From contig NC_069002.1 in the NCBI RefSeq assembly GCF_001194135.2, positions 37,309,394-37,373,393 of the forward strand: a stretch of 64,000 nt of DNA, read 5' to 3'. Source of the stretch: Octopus bimaculoides (taxonomy: Eukaryota). Both the position numbers and the translations under genes were made by a program. Position 1 is the first letter of the stretch; every line of letters starts with the position of its first letter. The notes below the pieces were generated by a model, which did no database searches, was not told where the DNA came from, and saw nothing but the letters and a program-made list of their open reading frames with translations. Of this stretch, positions 36,401 to 50,201 are shown piece by piece.

Positions 36401-39400
36401 AGAATGTGAAGAATGTGACAAAATGTTACAAATTGAGAAACTGTCACTTACAGAAATACCACAAAGATGAAGTAAATATTTACAAAATATAAAAAGATTT
36501 AAACAAAAACACGAATATACCAAGGAAATGATGACAAAAGGTGAGTCTTAGATCTTTAATGTAAATTCATGTAAAAAGGTTCCACAAACTTCCTCCACCC
36601 CAAATAAATAATGATGATATTTCTTCCAAATTTTGGCACAAATCTAATAATTTTAGGAGGGGACAATTAAATACATGCCCAATAAACACACACAAATTTA
36701 TATATGTGTGTACATGAATGGTCTTATGTGCCCATGAGGTTAGATATGTGTATCTGTGTGTATGCACATATAGAACTATGAATGTACTGAGATATGTAAG
36801 TTCATACTTTTACAATAATTTGCTTTTGTACTTTTATTTCAATTTTATGAATTTACAACTTATTCTTCTATATTTTCAACATTTTAAAGGATCTTGTGAC
36901 ACATTTTTGTTTGTTCCCATCATATTATTGTATTTTATTCACTATTATTCAATCATTTCTATTTATTTTAAATTATTTTAGTTTACAAAATATCCCTGAT
37001 TTTTTTCCTCTTATTTTATCTTATTTTAATTTATAATTTTGTGTGACCACCTAATTTAGTGAGGCGTCAGCTTACTGCATTTAGCCAAAGAGAGGGTAAG
37101 AGGTTGTTGAACAAATGAACAAACGGAACTATAAATTATGGACAGTAACTTAACGAATTAAAGAAACCACACCTCTTTTTGAGAATGCAGCAAAGACATG
37201 TGATTGACTGTTTGAAAAACTTTTTAACTACTTCTCCTCAGTTTGTAACTCAATTGTACATTCTTTGTCCTATAACATTTGATACACAATGCTAAATCAA
37301 TTTCGATAAGAAGCAGTTGTGTACCTGATGTGGAGACAGATTATCCCCATATTTGCTGGATTTTCTACTTCACAAACACATGTACAGAACCGTGACTATC
37401 CATATATTCCATATATTTATTTATTGCATACTGTTCAACGGAAGTTGCTATTGAATTCAGAGTTGTGTGGCATTTGTCATCTTGTCAAAATTGATTCTAT
37501 TCATTTTGGAAAAGGATGAAGGGAATCATACATTTTTATTAATAAATGTTATTCTGAGCTGAAAATTCTGCTGAGAATGAGACATTGCCTGTCATCCTTT
37601 CAGGGTCAATAAAATAATTACCAGTCAGATACTGGGGTTGATGTAACCAACTTCCCTTCCCCTCAAAAACTACTAGCCCTGTGCCAAAATCTGAAACTGG
37701 TATCATTAAGTTCTCACCAGTTCTTGGAAATTTATAAAAACAAAGATTACCTTTAATATTTTTTGGTACTGTCCAGCAGCCAAAGAGTTACTGTTCACAG
37801 GACTTGAAAGGAATAGCTAAAAATAGAATGAAATGAAAGGTCATTTGTAAGAAGTGGGGTAAGTTACAGAAGAAGGTTATGTGGTAAGTGACACGGTGAA
37901 GTTGGGACAGAAGAAATGGCAAAAAAAAAAATGGAAATAAAGCGAAAACCAAAAAAAGGATGTTGAGAAGTAGAAAGGGAAAGAATGGCAATTGAGGTGT
38001 TGATGAGGCAAAAGTACAGCGAAATGTAAGGATATTAATCAATGAAGAATGGGTAAGAGGGAAATGAAAAGTTGAAAGATAGAAAGGATCCGAATTTAAA
38101 ATGGTCATACACATTTCAGGGATAGAACGATCAATAGATAGATCCCTCAGCAATCTATCTTCTAGTCCTGAGTTCATCAGCTCTATATTATGTTCATTAA
38201 AAAGATACTTAACTCACAAATGACACTGTCAACCGAGATGTAAAGGGGTACCACAAACAAAGCACAACCTACCTCTCTAAACAGTAGCAACAGTGCTGTA
38301 CAATTGGATAAGTGGTTCATTAGATTGCAGTGCTGCTAAGGTAAACTTCCATTGTGGATCTGGAGAAGCTACACCAGTATTCAGGTGTGGCACTTTGTGT
38401 TTTACAATTGTTTCGGTGCCAATCTGCCTTGCTTTTGGAACTAGATTGTGATTACCAGAGATTAAATGTGCAATGGTTGTAAAACAAACTTGTAGCAATA
38501 CGTAATAAGAGTTGATGAAAAGAATATTATCCCAAGTCAGTTTATCATAATATATTTATTGCTATTTTAGAGAGAAAAATACAAAATGTGTCAGTCCAAT
38601 AGAACAAAAAGAGAAAGACCAGCACGGTGCATTCCAGTAGGTTCATCTGGGTCTCACAATGCATGTGGGTGCACAGACCACCAAAATGTTAAACTTATAT
38701 TATCAGTCATTCCCTTGACTATAACGAAATCATGTAATTGGTAGTATGTGATGTCTTCAATGAAAAGTGTGTTTCATAAATGTGACAATTGTCCAGATTT
38801 ATCAGTTCTAAAAGATTCGAGGCAGTGGGGATTAAAGAAACACACCTTCCAAGTGTGTTTCAATGGCCATAAAATCTAACTGGTAACAGCAATAGAGCTG
38901 AAATTTTCAGAAACTACCCCTCTCGTGGATACTAACAAATTGTGTAAATTTAAAGAAAATCTAAGAACCTTTGTGATAGTTGAAATTCCCTGGAATGACC
39001 CTAATGGAATCAGTTAGAGAAAGCATTTTGTTTGCAGTCATGCTTCATCACTTATGACTCTATCAATTTCTATTGCCTTTACTTGTCAATATCATCAGCT
39101 GACTGACCACTAACACAATCCAGTCTGTCTGAGTGCTTGTCCAACTCTTTTCCACTACTTATTTGCTATTCTTTTTATAAGCTGTAATCAACGTACTCAA
39201 AGCATGACTGATTTTCAATCAACAATTTTGGATTTGTTTGAATTTTTACTGACATCAGTCAAAGAATATGAGATGTAGTTGTTGAGCATCGTTGCTTAGG
39301 TTTCTCTTGACACCAACACATTTGTAAGCTGCTTTGATCTGATTCCAAATATTACTACAAGACCCTTGGTCAGTTTGTTGCTGACATGAAAAAACTACAG

Positions 39401-42400
39401 GTTACATCTTTTCATATTAGGAAACCAAAAAGTTCCAAGTTTGAATCACAGCATAAATCTGGCTACAGAGACTGTTTTCAGTTGAACTCACAAAGTACAT
39501 TGAGGCAATAACTACCCAGGTGGTTCAAATGTTTGTTAAAGTAATGGTGAACTCAAAAAGGAATATTAGAAAAGGAAGGAAGGCAGAGAAGAGAGAAAGG
39601 GTGAAAGCAAGAAGGAAAGGAAAGAAAAAGAAAGAGTGAAAAGGAAGAAAGAAAGAGAGAAAAGATAAAGAAAAGAAGAAAGGATTGAATAAAGGAGGTA
39701 AATAAGAGGTTTATATACTAACTTGTTGCAGATATGTTACCATATCTTTAATCTCGGTAGAAAGTGATACTTGACCAGTTTTTGGTGGAGGAGTCCACTC
39801 TGATGACTTAGACTCTTCATAGTCCATTGCAAAATCATCTGATCAATGAAAATAAAAACAACAACAACAGTTCACCAGATAATAAAATTAACAAAACAAT
39901 TACCAGGCAATAAATGACACAAACACAGACGTCCATGCAAAGCACATATTCTTACATTTATTGATCCTGAAAGGATGATAGTCAAAGTGCCCTCACCTTG
40001 TGACGATATATGTGTCTCCATGTATATCTATTCAATGCCAGTGAACAGTTGGAAAGAAATCAGCTGACTAAATTTCCCCCACCATCAAGTACTTGATTGA
40101 TACTTTATTTTATTGGCCGGGGAGGGGAGGGGGATGAAAACAAAATTGATCCTGGTGAAATTTAAACTCAGAATGTAAAGACTAAGAAGAAATACTACAA
40201 TACATTTTATCTGATGCTTTAATGACTCCATCATTACGATGATGATGATGAGTCCCTTTGTGCCCAGTTTTCCTCTCAGCACACATGAACTCTGCTGTCT
40301 ATTCACACTAACACTGCACATCCAGTGGAGCATGCTCACTTCATTTCTAGTTTTTGCAGGTCTTCTGCATTCACTCACACATGCAGGTTTGTCACTGCAT
40401 GTCACTGCATTGGTACTAAGCAGGTAATGCTTCAATGTGGGGAGTCACAGAATGAAGGACTTTACTTGGAAGTAAGGGTTGGCATCAAGAAGGGCACCAA
40501 GCCATAGAAAACTGCCTCAAGAAGCCCCATCCGACCCATGGGGGGAGCAGATGAAAAAAATGGACGGGGTGATGATGATTCATTGCTGTTTCTCTGAATT
40601 TCTCCCTTGTATACATTCGTTCAAGTAACAGAAATAAATGAATGCACAAAAGTGGGGAAACTCAGAGTAGTGAAGGAGTGACACACCAGTTTGTGCAGCT
40701 AAATATATACACATATAGTGTGTGAGTGGGTGTTTTGTTTACAAATGGTAGGAAAACATATTCAATACATGTTTATAGAGTTTCCTTATGACGGAGTACA
40801 GTCAACATTAATTTTGTAATAAATTTTACTTCTTTATTTAAAGCTGAGGTGTCTCACTGTCATTATTTGGAGTTTCCCATTTCTAGTTTATGGAGTCACT
40901 GTGGAAAACAGGAGAGAGGAGGAGGGGGAGAGGGGGGGAGAGAGAGAGAGAGAGGTACATGAATTGACTGACCTTCTTCATTAGTTGTGGAAGGACTGTT
41001 TTCTTTGAGCATCTTGAGAAATATATGACCTCCCTCAGCACCACGAGTGTGTTGGATATCAATGAGCTGCGCTAGGTAACACTTGTCAACACCGGCCTGA
41101 TCAAGGACCAAGCAATCCATCTTGACAGCGTGGTCAAGATACTTGAGCAGTTTTGTCATGCTGGACACAGGAATACCAAATGATTGCACAAACAAGAAGA
41201 GCTGAGCAGGGTCAAGGTCTTGAAGCGCTGCAGACACAGAGAAAAAGAGGATGGTAAATGTTGATGTTTACACACAGAGACACACATGAAGGAGAAAAGA
41301 AAGAGGAGATACAAAAGAGAGTAGGAGACAAAAGGAAAAGGGAGAGAAGCGATAAGAGAGTAGGAAGAAAAGACAAGAAAAGAAAGGAGGAAACACAAAC
41401 AAAAAAAAAGGAGGATGAAAACTAAAAAGAAAGAAACAAAGGCAGAAATAGGAAAAAAATAATAGAGAAGAGGAGGAGATGGCATGAGAGATGACCATTA
41501 AGAACATCAAAGTGAAGATGAAGCAACTGACCAGCATCAATAAGTCTCTCGATGCTGGACCTAATCATACGTAGTTTCAACCAGTCTGGGAGTAAAAGAG
41601 CCTCTTCTGAAGTGTCAAGGAGGAAGGCATTAGGTGGGCTACCTTCTTCAGGGAACCAAATCTTGAGTAATTCTTCGTAATATGTTTCTCCATCTGATAA
41701 CAAAATGGCAACAGATTAGCTTAATCTTATATTTATACAAACACACACACACACAACTAGATATTTTGTGCTGAATTATTGGCTGAAAATACAGGCTTGT
41801 CTGACCATTATATTATCAAAGGATTGAAACTAATAGTAAATTACATTAAATTTACATATAGGCATAGCTTTCTGGTAAGATGATTGCTTCCCAACCGAAC
41901 TCAAGACCATGTGGTAACAAAAACAGAACCCTGCCTCTACACAGCCAAGCCTTATTGAGATGAAAACAGTAAATAGGAAGTGAAAAAAGAAAGAGGGAGG
42001 GCCATACCTTTAGGTGGCCCATATGTCAGCAAAATTATCATGGCATGTACCACCAGCACAAGCATTGTTGCCGAGTCCCCAGACTCCCACTGAAGTATGA
42101 TTTGATCCTGAGTGTTAGACTGTTGGAGGAAGCAAACAAACATTCAATTAGTTACAGAAACATGCATTGAGGTTATGATGAAACGAAAGAAGGAAGGAAG
42201 GAGGGGGGGATGTCTCCTCCCCTTCATACAAGGAATACTTTGGCTCATAATGCTGCAGGATCAGGGCTGACCTGGGGCTAATATTACCAGAAAGAAAGAA
42301 ATTTGTACGTATGTAGATGATTAAAGCAATACAATTACTACTTATTGTCTTCAGACAAACGAACGGCATAATTAACAACCAGGATTTGAATGCAGATCAT

Positions 42401-44588
42401 AAACATGCGACTAGACACCACAAAGTACACTGTCCCCTTCATTCCCCAAGATATTTTTTTAATAATTTTTTAATTGTTACTGACTATTTTAATGTAGCCA
42501 TGTTGGAGCATAGCATTAAAAATATTTCAGTCAATTATATCAACCACAGTAATTTGCCTGGTACTTATTTCATTAACCCTTTAAGCATTTCGATAACTCC
42601 CTTACATGTAATGCTCATCCATTCAAATAGCTTTCAGATTTCAAGGATGTGATTGCTTACTTTTATAATGACATTGCTGGGTAGTTGCAAGAGGTCTGAT
42701 TTAGTTAGTCTGAACACAAAACAGGTAAAATATTTGGGCCTAATATGGCCAGTTTGAATGCTAAAGGGTTAATCTCCGAAGCTACAAATATAAAATAACT
42801 GTTAGGAGGTAATTATATTCTTGCATATTTCTGCCTCCATGAGGCCCAATGCTCAAATGGTAAATCTTATGTGCCAGCAGCACAGGTGCCAGTCAGACGG
42901 CACTGGTATCAGCCACGACTATGATTTCACTTGGCTCAACAGGTCTTCAAAAGCACAGCATATCGCTCAACATCTGAAGGGGTGTTTTTAATGGACCAGT
43001 TACTCAACACTGGCATTGGCCACGACTACAATCTCCCTTGGCTTGACGGGTCTTCTCAAGCACTATATATATATGTGTATATATTTACAATTTCCCATTA
43101 TCTTCCCCCACCAATCCCCTCCTTTCAGTGCCTTCTCTCTCCTGTGTTGTTCTCCCTCGTTAGCACCTCACCCTCATCACATACCTACCACAACCCCGGC
43201 CTCTCTCCTGTATTCCATTCCATCATTTGTCTTGGTCACCTTTATCCACCCCCACCCCACCTTGTTCAAACCTCTGCATCACCCTGCTTATTCTCACCAC
43301 TCCCAATGTTCCTTAAGGACATGTCTCCACATCTCCACCACCATCATCTCTCACTATTGCTCCCTTTACCTTACTCTGTAAACCATCTTTTCTTTTTCAA
43401 TTGGAGTATTCATGCATCTACTCTACAACAGGACACCTATCCTTGTTCCTCCATACCTCTAATCTCTCATCAACTCACACAAAGTATATGTGTGCGTGTG
43501 TTATATGAGAAGCTTCTGCACAGTTTCCAACTACCAGAATGATGATGATAATAATGGTGGAAATGATAATAACTGAAGAGCTGATGATGGTGAATAAAAC
43601 AACGATATTAAAGAAGAGAATGACGAAGAAAACAAGATGTCTGTTGTGTGTTCTCACCCAATCGTAAGCATCTTTATCTGGTTCTTTTGCTCTGCGAATA
43701 TATTTGGTATAAAGAGAGAGAACTGCAGTTAACGTTCGGTTTGCCAGTTCTGGTCTGTCGCTTTCAGGAGGCACCACATGACTCATCACAGTTGTGCGTT
43801 CAACAATCAGCTGTGCAACTTCCTACAGGTACAAAAATGCAGAGTTAAACACACCAATATCTCCGAAGCAACTTTCTGCTGCAACGTTACCTGCAATTTT
43901 TTCATACATGTATTAAAATAAACTAACAAAAATAGAAATAAACTAACTGAAATCTTTTTGTGATCAAATGAATAAGGAATCATTAAGGAATCAGATTTAC
44001 TGATTTTTGGAAATGTTAACCAATTTGAAAGTTGTGACATCCATACTATTTTTTCACAGGAATCATGAGGTGTGTTTGTATAACAGAAATAGATACAGCC
44101 GAAAATTTAATCAGGTTTCATCAATCATTTTCCACACTTTTTATTTTAATTTAAAAATTTTTTTTATTTATTTATTTTAAAAAATTTTTTTTTTTGTTAT
44201 TGTAGAAACACTTCTTAACAAATAAATGACTAAATTCAGTTGCTGAAACATCAACCACATCAAATGCACTAATCTGGATTGAGGAGACCTGAAAAAAAAC
44301 CCCAAAAACAATAGAGAATAAACATTCTACCTCTATGTGTAGATGATTAAAAATTATTTATAACTTTGACCCTTTTGTGTTCCAATATTTCTGTTGGAAT
44401 ATTCTGCTTTTGTTTCAATTCATTTTTAAAATACAGAAAAATATAGTAAAATAACTGTCTTCATCAAGATGATGTTAGGAACATAATTTCATAAAATTTT
44501 GATAGAAGGTTTTAATTAAGATAAATTTAAAATGAAAAGTTTGCATCAGAGGATCATGATGGGTTTCAGAGAGAGAGAGAGAGAGGGA

Positions 44589-44654
<66 letters not shown>

Positions 44655-47600
44655 TGGGGGGAGGGGAAAGAAGAGCAATTACTTACAAATGCCAGGTCAT
44701 CTAAATTCTGTAAACTGACATCTTTAACATGACGGTCTAAGAAGATGACATACGCACTGACCAGAGTTGGATCAGTTTCAACACGACAGGCCTGGAAATA
44801 CAGAATTAGCATAGGTCAACAAGTTCAAAACAAGGATTGATGGTAGAGTGGTCAAGTGATGGTAAGTTAAAAATGCAGGGACATATTGATTGTAAAAATG
44901 TGACAGGTAGCTTCAATATTGATACTTCACAGATAAAACTGAATTGACAGAGTTGGTAGAGCATCAGATGGAATGTTTTGTGCTATTTATTCCAGCTCTC
45001 TGAGGTTTGAGTTCAAATCATAGTGAGGTAAATTTTGCTTTGACTCTTGTGGTGTTGATAAAGTGTAGGTGCCACTTAAAAGCACCCAGTCTACACTGTA
45101 AAATGGTTGGCGCTTGGAAGGGCATCCAGCTGTAAAAACCTTGCCAAAACTGACCTCGCTTGTGCTTGTGCCATGTAAAAAGCACTAAGTCCATTCTACT
45201 GAGTGGTCGGTGTTAGGAAGGGCATCCAGCTGCAGTTGTCTTACCAGAAATATAGTATCAAGGGTGCTTTTCCCTGATACAAACCCAAACTGCATCTTGC
45301 CTAAACTAACTCTCTCCCTGATTAGTTGGGCTATGGCCCTCTCCATGACTTTCATCACCTGATCCAAAAATTTGATACCTCTACAATTATTCCTATCTAA
45401 TGTGTCACCTTTACCTTTGTAGCAGTTGACTATGGTACAGCTACACTTGTCATTGGGTATGATTCCTTCATGTATCACCTGGTTGACTATACGGGTGACT
45501 AGACTATAGCCTACACCGCCAGATATTTTAAGCATCTCTACAGTGATTCCTGAGGGGCTGGGAGCTTCCCATGTATATATATATATATATATATATACAT
45601 ACACACATATATATATTTGTGTGTCTGTCTGTCTGTCTCCCCGCTATTGCTTGACAACCGATTCTGGTGTGTTTATGTCCCCGTAACTTAATGGTCTGGC
45701 AAAACAGACTGATAGAATAAGTATTAGGCTTACAAAGAATAAGTCTTGGGGGCGGTTTCATCAACTAAAACCCTTTAAGGCAGTGCTCCAGCAAAGCCGT
45801 AGTCAAATGACTGAAACAAGAAAAGAATATGGTAACCTACCTGTACATGGCCAAAATCAACTTCGTGGCCTCGTGCTGGACTGAGAAACGATGGACAATG
45901 GTAAATGAGACCTACAAACTGATTGAACAAGATTGGACCAGTCCAATGCAGTGGACCAAGCAAGTGGAAAGAAAAGTATGTGGGGCTCAACAAAATGAGA
46001 TGCACCCTAAAAGGAAACTTACCTTTCGAATTGCATAGCAGGCCTGGGTTCGGAGAGAATCAAACAAAGGCAAACTAGGGAGATAGAGAAGTAACCACTT
46101 ATGTTGTGGAATCAACTTCAGAAACTGTTCCTCTTGTTCATCCACTTTGATGGGTTCAATCTCAGATGGAGGAATGTGAGACATCGACACAACAAGTGAC
46201 AGACCCTGTTAATGAATCAGATAATGAGTCAAATAAATAAGCAAACAAACAAACAAAAAAAATTCCAAGTAACAAACTAGAGAAATAAAAATTTTCAGTT
46301 TTTTTATATTTAATCATGATCAATCATCCTCATTTAGTTTCTGCTTTCCTTGCAGGCATGGGTTGGATTGTTTAACTGAAACTGGTAAGCCAAAGAAGCT
46401 GCACCAGGTTCCAATTTGATCTGACATGGTTTCTATGGCAGGTACTCTTCCTAACACCAGCCACTCCAAGAGTGTAATGGGTGCTTTTTATATACCACTA
46501 GCATGGGTGCCAGTTACATGATACCGGCATCAGCCACACCTATGATTTCACTTTGCTTGACAAGTCTTCTCAAGCATGGTATATTGCTAACGGTCTCGGT
46601 CACTTAGCATTGGCTCCGTGAGGCCCAATGTCCAAAGGGTGCTTTTCACATGACACTGGTATGGATGCCTGTCATGTGACACCAGCATCAGTCAAGATCA
46701 TGCTTTCACTCGGCTTGACGGATCTTCTCAAGCACAGTATGCCACCAAAGGTCTTGGTCACTTGTCATTGCCTCCATGAGGCCCAACGTTTGAAGATCAT
46801 GCTAGAATGAAGGTGGTCTTTCCAGGATATTATCAGTCAATGGTCTGAAGCTCATAGCTTTCATTACAACCGTAGGATAGCTAAGTTTGCTTGTTGATGG
46901 ACATATATATTTGTGTGTATGTATGGCTGAGAGGCTTGCTTCCTAAGCATCTGGTATTGGGTTCAATTCCAAGGCATGGAACCATGGACAAGTGTTTTCT
47001 ATTTGACAACAGCTATATGAGTGGATTAGATAACCAGAAAATGAAAGCTTATCAGGCTATAGGATGCAATGTTGTTTGTTTCCAATCTTTTGTGAAAAAA
47101 CAATGTAAGGCCATCAAGGCTGTAGAAATACCTGCTTCAACAAATTCCATCTGGCCCATGGAAGCATAGAAAATTGGATGTTAAAATGGTGAATTTGAAT
47201 GAAGGTTTTCTGTTTAAACTTACCTGACTTAACAATATCATTATTGCTTTGAGAAGCAACACCTACCTTGATAGCCAGACTTCGACTTGAAGCTTGACTG
47301 GAAGATAGTCTCTTGAAAAAATAGTCCATAACTTCAAAAGTGGTGGTGCTATCACTTGATGGACTGTGCACCAGCATTTGGAGTTTGGCCAGTAGCTGTT
47401 CTTGTTTCTTCATTTTCTGAAAAACAGAAAGTATACGGACATTAGCAAAGCATCCTGGCATTGCCCGGGTGTTATGACCTACAACCACATTGTATTATTT
47501 GTTCCTTTCTTATAGGCAGAATCAGCACAGCTACTATATAGTGAACTGGATTACTGGTGGAATGAATATTTTATATTTGTTTAAAAGTGAAGGGGGAGGG

Positions 47601-50161
47601 GTACAATTTGAATGGGTTTTCATGAAAGTGCTTTCAGTTCTTAAGAAGGATCACAAAATTATGTAGCTTGCACCCCTTTTCCAGGTAGAGATGATAATGG
47701 TGAACCAGCGGGTTATGAATGAAGTAGCTCATTCTCTGCAGATTAATCATGGTTCTGCCTATCAAATTATCCATGATGAGACTGTGCAAGATGGGTGCTA
47801 AGACGGCTTCCTGCAAAGCACAAGCACAAACATCTTGAAGTCTGCCAATGTTTACTCGATTGCTACAAGAATGAGGGCGAGGAAACTTTGAGCAGAATAG
47901 TCAGAGGGGATGAAATGTGGGTCCATCATTATGAGGCAGAATCCAAAAGACAGAGTATGGAGTGGAAACATCCTGGCTCGCCAGTGACAAAGAAATTCAA
48001 GATTCAGTCTTCCATGGGAAAGGTGTTGCTAACCCTTTTTTGGGACTCAAAAGGGCCTATACTGGAAGACTACCTGGAAAAGGGGTCTACGATCAACAGT
48101 GCAAGATACAGTGCTTTGCTGGCCAACAAACTGAAGCCAACAATTTGCACCAAATGCCGAAGCCTATTGTTGGAGAAAGTTCTATGTTGTATGACGATGC
48201 ATGCCCACACATGCCCAGACCATTGAAACCATTAACTAATTGGGTTGTGAGGTGCTGGAACACCGTGCCTACAGCCTAGATCTTGCTCGCTTCTGACTAT
48301 CATATCTTTGGACTACTCAAAGATGATTTACGAGGTTGTTGGTTTCCTATGGATGAAGATGCAAAGGAAGCGATGCATAAATGATTGCACAATCAACCAA
48401 AAACCTTCTTCTTGGAGGGAATACACAAGCTTGTGGACCGCTGGACCAAGCGCATCGAAGGAGACTATATAGAAAAATGATGTACTTGTTTATCCTCTGC
48501 TTTTGTGGAAATACATTGAAAAAACAAGAGTACGCATAATTTTTGACTCTCTCTCATGTATATATATGTATGTGCATATATATATATATATATATANNNN
48601 NNNNNNNNNNNNNNNNNNNNNNNNNNNNNNNNNNNNNNNNNNNNNNNNNNNNNNNNNNNNNNNNNNNNNNNNNNNNNNNNNNNNNNNNNNNNNNNNNNNN
48701 NNNNNNNNNNNNNNNNNNNNNNNNNNNNNNNNNNNNNNNNNNNNNNNNNNNNNNNNNNNNNNNNNNNNNNNNNNNNNNNNNNNNNNNNNNNNNNNNNNNN
48801 NNNNNNNNNTGGCCAAAAGTTTGGAACATAGACCTGTAAGTTAGAATTTTTATATTAAATGCCCAAATATATACATTGTATATGTTTGAATTGAATTGTA
48901 CTTGGGTATAACAATTTTAATTTTTTTTAAATGTTCCAAACTTTTGGCCACAACTGTATATATGATAAACTTCCTACAGTTTCCATCTACCAAATCCACT
49001 TGGCCAAGGTGCCACTAAACCATGAATCTGTGAAGCAAACTCCTTAATCATACAACCATACTTGCACCTATATAAACAGAATAAAAGTATATTCTTATAA
49101 ACACTAAATACTGACCCGCTTTTTCTGTTTCTCAGCTTCGAAATCTGCATCGTCATCTTCTGTAGAGTCTTGTGGATCGTGAAGCAGAAACTCACACAAA
49201 CATTGCACTGGGAGAACATCCAGTGATCCTTCATTGGATTCTACCAACTCAGCCAGCCATGGCATAGATTGTGTAGTACCCTGCATCAGAATTTGTTAAG
49301 CAGTTATTAAAGAACATTAAAAAATATAGTATGTCTACTTCAGCATGGTTTCTACAGTTGGATGCCCTTCCTAATGCCAACTACTTTACCAAATGCTGTT
49401 TAGGATGCTGCTTTTGTGACAATGACACATGGGGTTGCCCAGTAACTAATCGTCCTCCAAACAAAGAAAAAGACCCCTTGACTGAGTGAGGTTGTAGTAG
49501 AGAGGGAAGTGGCTCAACACCAGGTGTTGAGAGGCTAACGTGTAATAGAGGGGACAGGTACAGGAGGGATACGTGTGTGGTTTAGAAGTAGCTGGAAAGT
49601 AGACAATGGTGGTGATAAGATGTTATGCATACTCTCAGGATACAAGAAGGTTAGTACAAGAGAGAATGTGGTCAGAGAATCGAAAAGTGGGGGAATAAGA
49701 GTTCATTAGAATTAGTGTAGAATGGCAAATGGTTGGAGATGGGGTACAGGTGAACGTAATGAATGAAACAAGGGTGGAGGTGTGGTCAATAGTCCAATAT
49801 AAAAAAAAACAAAAACCCAGTTCCCAGTCTATATATAGAATATTTAAAATTATACCGCTGTCAAAACAATTTAAAATTTAAAAGACACATGGAAACATAA
49901 TGTAGAAGTCAAAATAAAAACACTGTTCTGATATTATTTACCTGACGTTGAATTATGTCGAGCAGGAAGTCTGGGTTACGACTTCGGCACAACCGCTGAC
50001 CAATTTTCAGATTCTGGTTCAAAGTCACGAGCTGCTCAATGACAGTAGAAGGAGGTTTACGTAAAGATCCTCTGTAAAGAACAACAGTGGGAATGGGATG
50101 ATAACGTTACTATAGCTGTCATATACATGTGATGCTGCATATATACTTTCGTAAGTACATA

Positions 50162-50201
<40 letters not shown>

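Noticed and set aside
38277-38498. ORF containing SPDPQW, reminiscent of human INTS1 LSPDPRW
   Set aside because: No good in-frame acceptor/donor pair, and exon 37751-37816 already fills this position with correct phases.
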